A stretch of 32,000 bases of DNA from Candidatus Saccharimonadota bacterium (GCA_041659445.1 JBAZYG010000001.1:60001-92000), one strand, 5' to 3'; counted from the stretch's first letter, positions 22,979 through 30,430 are shown. A program made the numbers and translations. The notes: generated from the letters alone by a model not told the origin.

Positions 22979-23419
22979 CTAAGATAAAAGAAATTGTTTA
23001 GTGGTGCTTATAAATTTTTCCAACATGTCTGCATAAACTTTAAGTTTTTCTAAATTTACGTCAATGGCATCTCCCATATAATAAATTTTTAAAGAGACAT
23101 TTTTTCTAAATTCTCCAATTCGTTCTGTTCTTAAATTTTCAAGTTTTCTTAACATTTCATAAAATTCAATTACTTCTTGAAAATTTTTATCTTTTTTGAA
23201 TAATTTTCTTATTTCATCAATTTTTCCAACAGTATTTTCAGGAACATCTTTTATTTTCTTTTTTGATTTAGCATGTTTTAATAATTCTCTGATAGAAGTG
23301 TCTATCATTTTTCTCCACCTTAATAATAAGTTCATAATAACGTCACAAGTTTTTGTGTATTTTAAACTTACATAGAGAAGATGGTCTGCACTAATCTTTT
23401 CTTGTATAATCTCTTCCAT
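22979..23419 (-). CDS. Hypothetical alpha-helical protein (146 aa), paralogue of the next gene
   Basis: It ends 8 nt before the MinD ATG. Its C-terminal GEFRKNVSLKIYY...NLEKLKVYADMLEKFI aligns with IEFMKKQDIIILS...SIEKLSYFLTVLKSLI of the 153-aa protein. TTTATAAA (23438-23445) lies 19 nt upstream. Confidence 0.55.
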   Translation of the reverse strand: MEEIIQEKISADHLLYVSLKYTKTCDVIMNLLLRWRKMIDTSIRELLKHAKSKKKIKDVPENTVGKIDEIRKLFKKDKNFQEVIEFYEMLRKLENLRTERIGEFRKNVSLKIYYMGDAIDVNLEKLKVYADMLEKFISTTKQFLLS

Positions 23420-23464
23420 TTTGCAAAATGACGTTTATTTATAAATTGCGAGAGGTATATATAT

Positions 23465-23926
23465 TTATCCGTTTATTCTGTGTTTTGCCTTCTTTATTAA
23501 GCTCTTTAAAACAGTTAAAAAATAGGATAGTTTTTCAATTGACATTTTATAGATTTCTTGATTTTTTGAAAGAATTATAATATCTTGTTTTTTCATGAAC
23601 TCAATTGGGCTTTCTTTATGCTCTTTTGAGAGTGTTAAAATTTCTTTTATAGTGTTTATCTCAGAAATAGTTATTGAGAAATTTTTTGCTGATTTATTTT
23701 CAAATGTTTTTAAATTCAAGATAGGGTCTTTGTATAATTGAATTAATTTTGATTCATATTCATAAAGCAAGATTGAATTTAAAATTTTTTTCAATGCTTT
23801 TTCTATTTCTTCAAGAATTAAAAGAGCCATTCTTTTATTCTTTGAAATCTGAGCCAGAACAATCATTTTTTCAATTTTTGATAAAATTTCTTCTGCTTCT
23901 TGCAAATTTTTTAAATAATTTTTCAT
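23465..23926 (-). CDS. Hypothetical alpha-helical protein (153 aa), paralogue of the previous gene
   Basis: See the 22979..23419 entry for the alignment. Confidence 0.55.
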   Translation of the reverse strand: MKNYLKNLQEAEEILSKIEKMIVLAQISKNKRMALLILEEIEKALKKILNSILLYEYESKLIQLYKDPILNLKTFENKSAKNFSITISEINTIKEILTLSKEHKESPIEFMKKQDIIILSKNQEIYKMSIEKLSYFLTVLKSLIKKAKHRING

Positions 23927-23966
23927 ATATTTTAGAAGCTTTTAGAATTAAAATAAATTTGTATTG

Positions 23967-24176
23967 TTAGGCAATTGCATCTACATAGCACTTTTCTGCT
24001 TCAATCTCTGAATGTCCACTTTTATATATAAAATCTCTTCTTACTTCTTCCATTGCTTTATTCATCTTTTCCATACATTCCAAATAATCTGGAGCATTTT
24101 CTAAATTAGTTATTTTTCCTTCTAACTTTAATTGTGTATAAATTTTTTCTGTTCTGCTAATTAATTCTATTGTCAT
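23967..24176 (-). CDS. Hypothetical small protein (69 aa)
   Basis: ATG ORF with TTTATAAAAA about 22 nt upstream. Confidence 0.45.
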   Translation of the reverse strand: MTIELISRTEKIYTQLKLEGKITNLENAPDYLECMEKMNKAMEEVRRDFIYKSGHSEIEAEKCYVDAIA

Positions 24177-24219
24177 TTTAATTTAAGGTTTTTTTAGTTT
24201 ATAAAAATTTATATATTTT

Positions 24220-24570
24220 TTAACTTAATTCTAGAATTGTTTCTGCTAAATCTCCGTTATTTTTTTCAAGAGTTTGTCTTGCCTTTTTTTCTGAAACTCC
24301 TGTTTTTTCCATAATTGTTTTAATATCTTTTTCTGAAAGTTCTTTTTCTATTTCTTCAGAATCTTCAAAAATTTTGTCTCCAGTTATTTGAAAACTTTCT
24401 TGTCCTTGCATAGAAATTTTTGTCACAGAAGGATTTTCAATAATTATTCTTGAATTGTCATTTTTTTCAATTATTACTCGAGAAGCATCTATTTCTTCTT
24501 GGGACATTCCCATTTGCTTCATTAAAGCTTGCATTTTTTTTGGATTTAATCCGCCAATTCCTGGTAACAT
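24220..24570 (-). CDS. nac: Nascent polypeptide-associated complex protein (archaeal NAC, NAC plus UBA domains)
   Basis: 116 aa. Contains NPKKMQALMKQMGM...RVIIEKNDNSRIIIENPSVTKISMQGQESFQITG, followed by a UBA-like EKDIKTIMEKTGVSEKKARQTLEKNNGDLAETILEL. Confidence 0.9.
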   Translation of the reverse strand: MLPGIGGLNPKKMQALMKQMGMSQEEIDASRVIIEKNDNSRIIIENPSVTKISMQGQESFQITGDKIFEDSEEIEKELSEKDIKTIMEKTGVSEKKARQTLEKNNGDLAETILELS

Positions 24571-24571
24571 T

Positions 24572-24736
24572 TTATATTTTTAAAAATAGACCTAGACCAA
24601 TTCTTAATAAAACAATTAAGATTATGAATATAATTACGTGCATTGGTTTTAAATTGAATCTACTTTGATATTCTTCACCATAACGCATTAATCCACCGAA
24701 GCCTGCAGGCATGCTTATTTTATTGTCTTCTGCCAT
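24572..24736 (-). CDS. secG: Preprotein translocase Sec61-beta (archaeal SecG), 54 aa, not in supplied track
   Basis: ATG 24736-24734 to TAA 24574-24572, encoding MAEDNKISMPAGFGGLMRYGEEYQSRFNLKPMHVIIFIILIVLLRIGLGLFLKI. It has the G-L-x-RY-x-E-E motif followed by K-P-x-x-V and a single C-terminal TM helix, as in archaeal Sec-beta. The stop lies 1 nt from the NAC ATG. Confidence 0.8.
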   Translation of the reverse strand: MAEDNKISMPAGFGGLMRYGEEYQSRFNLKPMHVIIFIILIVLLRIGLGLFLKI

Positions 24737-24757
24737 AGAATTTTAAATAAGCAATAG

Positions 24758-24766
24758 TTTTTAAAA
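24758..24766. promoter_or_regulatory. Single near-palindromic A/T box (TTTTTAAAA) shared by divergent Sec61-beta and ValRS genes
   Basis: It sits at the centre of the 51-nt spacer, 22 nt from the ATG at 24736 (minus strand) and 22 nt from the ATG at 24788 (plus strand). Confidence 0.5.
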
Positions 24767-24787
24767 GTTATTGTGAGTTTATTTTCT

Positions 24788-27166
24788 ATGCCTGAAATTA
24801 ATTTAAAAGAAATTGAAGAAAAATGGAGAAATTTTTGGGAAAAAGAAAAAATTTATTCTTTTGATTCAAAGTCAAAAAAGAAAATTTATTCAATAGACAC
24901 TCCTCCGCCTTATGCTTCAGCAGGGCATTTACATGTAGGACATGCTTTATCTTATACTCAATTTGAAATTATTGCAAGAATTAAAAGAATGAGTGGATTT
25001 AATGTTTATTTTGCACCTGGTTTTGATGATAATGGTTTACCAACTGAAAAATATGTTGAAGAAAAATTAAAAATAAATAAAGCGAAAACAAATCGTTCAG
25101 ATTTTAGAAAACTTTGTCTTGAAGAAAGTAAGAAAGTTGAAAAAGAATATGTTGATAGAGTTTTCAAAACTTTAGGGCATAGTTATGATTGGGATTTGCT
25201 TTATACAACAATTTCTCCTGAAGCTCAAAAAGTTTCTCAAACAGCTTTTTTAAAATTAGTAAAAAAAGGAGAATGTTACAAGGCAAAAGAGCCAACTATT
25301 TGGTGTCCTTATCATGAAACAGCGTTGGCACAAGCAGAAGTTGAAGATTTAAAAAGACAAACAAAATTAAATTATGTTGAATTTGATGTAGTGCATGAAA
25401 AAAATAAAAAAGAAAAAATATTAATTGCAACTTCTCGTCCAGAATTATTATCTAGTTGTGTTGGGATTTTTGTTAATCCTTTAGATAAAAGATATAAAAA
25501 TTTGATTGGAAAAAAAGTAATCGTTCCCCTCTTTAATTATGAAGTTCAAATTAGAGCTGATGAAAAAGTTGATCCTAAATTTGGAACAGGAATTGTAATG
25601 ATTTGTACTTTTGGTGATAACACCGACGTTGAATGGTGGAAAAAATATAAATTACAATTAAAGATTTCAATTGATGAAAAAGGGAGAATGAATGAACTTG
25701 CAGGAAAATATCAAGGAAAAGATTTGAAATCTGCAAAAGAAGAAATTTTAGAAGATTTGAAAAAAGAAGGCAGATTAAAAAAACAAGAACATTTAGAACA
25801 AACTGTTGGTAGTTGTTGGAGATGTAATACCCCTGTTGAATATATTGTAAAAGATCAATGGTTTATTTCTACATTAAAACATAAAAAAAAGTTATTAGAA
25901 TTAGGAAAAAAAATAAAATGGTATCCTGAATTCATGAGGGTTAGATATGATGATTGGGTTAAAAATTTAGGTTGGGATTGGGCAATTTCTCGTCAGAGAT
26001 TTTATGGGGTTCCTATTCCTGTTTGGTATTGTGAAAAATGCAATGAATTAATTTTTCCAGATGAAAAAGAATTGCCTTTAGATCCGTTAGATGTTTCTAA
26101 AAAATGTCCAAAGTGTAAAGAAAAAGCAATTCCTGAAACAGATGTTTTTGATACATGGATGACTTCTTCAAATAGTCCTGAAGTTTCTTCACGATGGTTA
26201 GAAAAACCAGAACTTTACAAGAAAATTGTTCCAATGTCTTTAAGGCCACAATCACACGACATTATTCGAACTTGGGCATTTTATACAATTTTGAAAAGTT
26301 ATTTATTATTTGATAGAATTCCTTGGGAAAATTTAATTGTTAATACGTTTGTCCTAGACCCGTCTGGAAAAGGAATGTCAAAAAGCAAGGGCAATGCTGT
26401 TTGGGCAGATGATGTAATTGAAAAATATGGCGTCGATGTTTTTAGATATTGGGTTGGAAATGCAAATCTAGGAAGTGATTTGCCTTTTAATGAACAAGAA
26501 TTAATTGCTGGGAAAAAATTTTTGAATAAATTAGTTAATGCTTCTAATTTTGTTTTTATGAATTTAAAAGATTTTAATCCTGAAAAAGACAAACCAAAAA
26601 AATTAGAAAAATTGGATGAATTATTTTTGGAAGAATTAAACAATGTTATTTTTTCTTGTAAAGATTCTTTTGAAAAATATGAAATTTCAAAAGCAAAATT
26701 AAAAATTGAAACTTTTTTCTGGAAAGATTTTTGTGATAATTATTTAGAAATTGTTAAGAAAAGAATTTATAATGACAAAGGAATCAAGAAAAAATCAGCG
26801 CAATATGTTTTGTATCAATCACTTTTAGCAATTTTAAAATTTTTTGCTCCAATTATGCCTTTTATTACAGAAGAAATTTATCAAGAGCATTTCAGAAAAT
26901 TTGAAAAAGAAAAATCAATTCATATTTCTGAATTTCCAAAATTCAAGGAATTTAAAAATGCTGATAAAACATTATTGGTATTTTATGATATTTTGTCAAA
27001 AGTAAGGGCAGAAAAAACAAAATTTCAAAAACCAATGAATGCCGAATGTATTTTAACTTTGAATAAAGAAGAAATTAAAAAATTGTCTGAAGTGTTGGAT
27101 GATTTAAAAAATGTTACAAATGCAAAAGAAATTAAAACTGGAAGTAATTTCAAAGTTGAGTTTTAG
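24788..27166 (+). CDS. valS: Valyl-tRNA synthetase
   Basis: The track start at 24773 is a GTG, and I prefer the ATG at 24788. Motifs: PPPYASAGHLHVGHAL (HIGH-type), GKGMSKSKGN (KMSKS). The editing-domain segment is ATSRPELLSSCVGIFVNPLDKRYKNLIGKKVIVPLF...DPKFGTGIVMICTFGDNTDVEWW, as in archaeal ValRS. Confidence 0.88.
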   Translation: MPEINLKEIEEKWRNFWEKEKIYSFDSKSKKKIYSIDTPPPYASAGHLHVGHALSYTQFEIIARIKRMSGFNVYFAPGFDDNGLPTEKYVEEKLKINKAKTNRSDFRKLCLEESKKVEKEYVDRVFKTLGHSYDWDLLYTTISPEAQKVSQTAFLKLVKKGECYKAKEPTIWCPYHETALAQAEVEDLKRQTKLNYVEFDVVHEKNKKEKILIATSRPELLSSCVGIFVNPLDKRYKNLIGKKVIVPLFNYEVQIRADEKVDPKFGTGIVMICTFGDNTDVEWWKKYKLQLKISIDEKGRMNELAGKYQGKDLKSAKEEILEDLKKEGRLKKQEHLEQTVGSCWRCNTPVEYIVKDQWFISTLKHKKKLLELGKKIKWYPEFMRVRYDDWVKNLGWDWAISRQRFYGVPIPVWYCEKCNELIFPDEKELPLDPLDVSKKCPKCKEKAIPETDVFDTWMTSSNSPEVSSRWLEKPELYKKIVPMSLRPQSHDIIRTWAFYTILKSYLLFDRIPWENLIVNTFVLDPSGKGMSKSKGNAVWADDVIEKYGVDVFRYWVGNANLGSDLPFNEQELIAGKKFLNKLVNASNFVFMNLKDFNPEKDKPKKLEKLDELFLEELNNVIFSCKDSFEKYEISKAKLKIETFFWKDFCDNYLEIVKKRIYNDKGIKKKSAQYVLYQSLLAILKFFAPIMPFITEEIYQEHFRKFEKEKSIHISEFPKFKEFKNADKTLLVFYDILSKVRAEKTKFQKPMNAECILTLNKEEIKKLSEVLDDLKNVTNAKEIKTGSNFKVEF

Positions 27167-27230
27167 GATATAAATCTAAAATAATTTTTGTTGTAGAAAA
27201 CTTTAAATATGTATATTTATGATGAAATTT

Positions 27231-27911
27231 ATGCAATCAAAGTTTGAAACAAAAGCAAGTGAAGGAATTGTACTAGCAAGATTAATACATTACATTAGAA
27301 AACCAGAGATAAATTTATATGGGGTTTCAGATGAGGATATTTATGAAAAAGGTTTTTTAAATTTTAATCATCATCCTGACCAAAAAGGTCTTGGTAAGAT
27401 TTATCATTCTTTTGGAGCAAGAGGCACTAAAGTTAATGGATTGCCTGTAAGATTAATGAATTCTTGGGAAAATGCAATCCAAAGGATTGGAAGTGGGAAA
27501 TTATTTCCTGCTTCTTCAATGAAATCTAAAAATGAAAATTATAATGATGGTGCAATTTTAATTGCAAAATTTTCTTTTGAGCAATTAATTAAAATGGGTT
27601 TTGGTATAAATATTCCTTTTAAAGAGAGCGATAAAAAACCATATGTTAAACTTTTACCAGAAGTAATTAGAGATAATTTATATTTAAAAATTAAAGAAGA
27701 TGAAATTTTAAATGAAATTGATTTTGGATTACTGGCAAGATTTGATTCACAGGGATATTTAACTGGTAATGATGGTGAATTTTACATTCCTAAGATGTTA
27801 CCTATAGAAGAGTATCGTGATTCTTTATTTGTGTTTAGACCAAACTATAAAGAAAATTGTTTTAATAAAAAATATTGGATTAAAGATGCTTCTTGTTTTT
27901 GCAAAATTTAA
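27231..27911 (+). CDS. Hypothetical protein (226 aa from ATG 27231)
   Basis: Track start is 27219. The ATG at 27231 lies 22 nt downstream of TTTAAATA (27202-27209). I recognise no domain. Confidence 0.55.
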   Translation: MQSKFETKASEGIVLARLIHYIRKPEINLYGVSDEDIYEKGFLNFNHHPDQKGLGKIYHSFGARGTKVNGLPVRLMNSWENAIQRIGSGKLFPASSMKSKNENYNDGAILIAKFSFEQLIKMGFGINIPFKESDKKPYVKLLPEVIRDNLYLKIKEDEILNEIDFGLLARFDSQGYLTGNDGEFYIPKMLPIEEYRDSLFVFRPNYKENCFNKKYWIKDASCFCKI

Positions 27912-27926
27912 TTATCTTCACAAACC

Positions 27927-27934
27927 TTTAAAAC
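27927..27934 (+). promoter_or_regulatory. TATA box for aRF1
   Basis: TTTAAAAC lies 22 nt upstream of the ATG at 27956. Confidence 0.45.
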
Positions 27935-27955
27935 ATAAGATTTTCTTTATTTAAT

Positions 27956-29047
27956 ATGCCAAAATTGAATAAAAATGAACTTGAAGATACTTTAGAAGAA
28001 TTGAAAATTTATCGTGGAAGACATACAGAATTGATTAGCGTTTACGTTTCAGAAGGTTATGATATTAATGCTGTTCAACGACAATTAGAAGCAGAAAAAT
28101 CAACAGCAAAAAATATTAAATCAACTGCAACAAGAAAAAATGTTATTGAAGCCTTGGAAAAAATTGTTCGACATTTGAAAACTTTAAAGAGAACTCCTGA
28201 AAATGGTTTGGCTTTGTTTTCTGGAAACATTTCAGATATTGAAGGACAAGATGACATAAGGCTTTGGGAAATTGAACCTCCTGAACCTGTTAAAATTAGA
28301 TTATATCGATGCGATAAAGAATTTGTTTTAGATCCTCTTGAAGCAATGTTAGAAATTGATGAAATTTATGCGTTATTAGTTATGGATAGAAAAGAAGCAA
28401 CAATCGGTCAATTAGTTGGAAAAAGAATTGAGCTTTTACAAAAAATGACTTCTGGAATTCCTTCTAAAGTTCGAGCAGGAGGACAGAGTTCTCAAAGATT
28501 TCATAGAATTACTGAAGGTTTAACAAAAGAATTTTATAAAAGAATTTCTGATGAAATGAAAAAGATTTTTTATGAAAATCCAAAATTAAAAGGAATTATT
28601 GTCGGCGGGCCTATTCCAACTAAGGACGAATTTTTAGATAATGAATATTTGCCGACGCAATTAGCAAAAAAAGTACTTGGAAGAGTAGATATTGGAGATA
28701 CTTCTGAATCTGGTTTAAAAGAACTTGTTGAAAAATCCCGAGAATTATTAGTTAATCAAGAAATAATTGCAGAAAAAAAATTACTTGAAAGATTTTTTGA
28801 AACACTTGGAGCAAGACCTGGAATGGCATTATACAAAATTCCAGACATTGAAAAAGCACTTGAAATGGGTGCAGTTGATTTAATGATTATTTCAAAAGAT
28901 TTTGATAGAAAAACTGCGAAAGAATTTAAAGTTAAAGCAGAAAATATTGGTTCAAAAGTTGAAATTGTTTCAACTGAGACAGAAGAAGGACAGCAATTTT
29001 ATAATTTATCTGGACTTGGTGTTTTAATGAGATTTAGAATCAGTTAA
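27956..29047 (+). CDS. prf1: Peptide chain release factor aRF1
   Basis: 363 aa. NIKS (AKNIKST), YxCxxxF (YRCDKEF) and GGQ (RAGGQSSQRF) are all present. Confidence 0.93.
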   Translation: MPKLNKNELEDTLEELKIYRGRHTELISVYVSEGYDINAVQRQLEAEKSTAKNIKSTATRKNVIEALEKIVRHLKTLKRTPENGLALFSGNISDIEGQDDIRLWEIEPPEPVKIRLYRCDKEFVLDPLEAMLEIDEIYALLVMDRKEATIGQLVGKRIELLQKMTSGIPSKVRAGGQSSQRFHRITEGLTKEFYKRISDEMKKIFYENPKLKGIIVGGPIPTKDEFLDNEYLPTQLAKKVLGRVDIGDTSESGLKELVEKSRELLVNQEIIAEKKLLERFFETLGARPGMALYKIPDIEKALEMGAVDLMIISKDFDRKTAKEFKVKAENIGSKVEIVSTETEEGQQFYNLSGLGVLMRFRIS

Positions 29048-29049
29048 TT
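29022..29049. repeat. Direct repeat copy 1 (last 8 codons plus stop of aRF1)
   Basis: ttttaatgagatttagaatCagttaatt matches 29285-29312 at 27 of 28 positions. The single difference is ATC versus ATT, which are both Ile codons. Confidence 0.9.
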
Positions 29050-29239
29050 ACTTAATTTTTCCAAGAATATACTTTGTATAAGGAATTTTTCGATAAGAAC
29101 CTGATCCAGTCATTTCATCTTTTTCACCACAATGAATTTTTATTATTCTAAATCCTTCACCTAATTTTTTATTAATTTCTTTATCATATTCTGTTTCATA
29201 AATTTCTGTGATTTCTTCTAATTGCATAAATTTTCCCAT
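29048..29239 (-). CDS. Hypothetical small protein (63 aa from ATG 29239; track gives a TTG start at 29251)
   Basis: Encodes MGKFMQLEEITEIYETEYDKEINKKLGEGFRIIKIHCGEKDEMTGSGSYRKIPYTKYILGKIK. TTTATAAA (29261-29268) lies 22 nt upstream. The gene is bracketed by the aRF1 3'-end repeat. Confidence 0.45.
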   Translation of the reverse strand: MGKFMQLEEITEIYETEYDKEINKKLGEGFRIIKIHCGEKDEMTGSGSYRKIPYTKYILGKIK

Positions 29240-29284
29240 AGATTTTATCAAAAATTAATCTTTATAAATTTAACTGTTTTTATT

Positions 29285-29312
29285 TTTTAATGAGATTTAG
29301 AATTAGTTAATT
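29285..29312. repeat. Direct repeat copy 2 (non-coding duplicate of the aRF1 3' end)
   Basis: See copy 1. The offset between the two copies is 263 nt. Confidence 0.9.
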
Positions 29313-29343
29313 TTCAAAAAATTTCTCATGAAATTTTTTGGGG

Positions 29344-29898
29344 TTATATTATTTCTGAGATTCTATTGTCAACAATCCCTTTAAAAATATCTGTGATTTT
29401 ATACTCATCAGGGTTTATTCCACCATTATTACAATGGTAAACTTTATGTGTAAATTGAGTTATTTTTGATCTTAATCTTAAATCATTTTGTTTCAATAAT
29501 TCTTTATTTTCTTTGTTTATTCTTAATTGAGGTGATTTAAACATTGTTGGTTTAAAACCAAAGCATTCTTCAAAAATTTTTATTCCTTGTTCTAATTCTT
29601 CTTGTGAAATATTATTTCTTTTAAATTCTCTATATTCATGTGTGATTCCGTGCATGCCCAGAGTTTTGTTTAAAGATAAAATATATTCACACCATTCAGG
29701 ATTTTCTGAAATCGATTTGTTCGTGAATTTTGGAATTACCCATAGAATATCTGCTTTTTTAAGATATTTTTGTTCTTGCTCACATGGAATATTTGGAGAA
29801 ACATCATCAATTTCTCTATTAATGTGTGCTCTTATGATAATTAAAGTAGTTATTAAAATAAAAAATATTAAAATGGGAATTAAAAATGATTTTTTCAT
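29344..29898 (-). CDS. Membrane-anchored DUF2334/polysaccharide-deacetylase-like protein
   Basis: 184 aa with an N-terminal TM helix. The segment LGMHGITHEYREF...EELEQGIKIFEECFGFKPTMFKSPQLRIN resembles the HG-x-x-H...EF...F-G-x-x-P-x-x-F-x-x-P pattern of DUF2334. The assignment is from memory only. Confidence 0.5.
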   Translation of the reverse strand: MKKSFLIPILIFFILITTLIIIRAHINREIDDVSPNIPCEQEQKYLKKADILWVIPKFTNKSISENPEWCEYILSLNKTLGMHGITHEYREFKRNNISQEELEQGIKIFEECFGFKPTMFKSPQLRINKENKELLKQNDLRLRSKITQFTHKVYHCNNGGINPDEYKITDIFKGIVDNRISEII

Positions 29899-29920
29899 AA
29901 TATTAGGAGTTTTTTAAATA

Positions 29921-30430
29921 TTAAAAACCTAATGTAAATCTAAAATAAACTGTTCCTTTATCATTTTTTAAATCTTGAAATCCGTTTTCATATCTTAAAC
30001 CAAGTCCAACGTTTTTACTTATTTTAAAATCTGTTCCGATGTTGACTTTAAATTCTTTATTTTTCTCTAATTTTTCCTTGCATCTTAAATTTGAAAATCC
30101 ATTTTCGATTCCACAAGACAATTCTAAGTTGTTCAATTTTTTTGGATAAAATATAGAATTAATTCCTATTTGATTAGATTGACCGATATACGAATTTTTG
30201 CAATCAAATTTAAAATTGTTTGAATAATGGTATGTTAATCCTACTCCAAATCTTTCAGATAATTTTCTGTTATATTCTATTTTTGTTCCAAATTTAGAAG
30301 TAAAATTTTTGTTTATTTCTTGTTCATTTGCTATTTTAAAATAATCTTTATTTTGGGAATTTGCAAAATTTGAAAACAAAAATATGAACAAGAAAGTGTT
30401 TATTAAATTGAATAACTTCAAGTTCTTCAT
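29921..30430 (-). CDS. Secreted beta-strand-rich protein resembling a bacterial small outer-membrane beta-barrel (OMP_b-brl type)
   Basis: 169 aa. Has a signal peptide (LFNLINTFLFIFLFSNFANSQN) and about 8 amphipathic alternating strands, including FGTKIEYNRKL, FGVGLTYHYSN, IGINSIFYP, LELSCGIENGF, FKVNIGTDFKIS and VGLGLRYENGF. The C-terminus TVYFRFTLGF ends in Phe, like the bacterial OMP beta-signal. Confidence 0.55.
   Translation of the reverse strand: MKNLKLFNLINTFLFIFLFSNFANSQNKDYFKIANEQEINKNFTSKFGTKIEYNRKLSERFGVGLTYHYSNNFKFDCKNSYIGQSNQIGINSIFYPKKLNNLELSCGIENGFSNLRCKEKLEKNKEFKVNIGTDFKISKNVGLGLRYENGFQDLKNDKGTVYFRFTLGF

Noticed and set aside
23273-23290. An R-x4-H motif (RELLKH) in the 146-aa helical protein suggested a HEPN RNase domain.
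   Set aside because: The motif lies in the N-terminal third rather than at the usual position in the last helix. It is also absent from the paralogous 153-aa protein, so it is probably coincidental.
24690-24715. A local GC-rich patch (ccaccgaagcctgcaggcatgc) looked like a possible RNA gene.
   Set aside because: It is the conserved PAGFGGLMRY coding segment of the Sec61-beta ORF.
27908-27917. A third occurrence of TTAATTATCT at the stop of ORF27231. It might extend the 21812/22156 repeat family.
   Set aside because: It is only a 10-mer built around a TAA stop in A+T-rich DNA, which is expected by chance.
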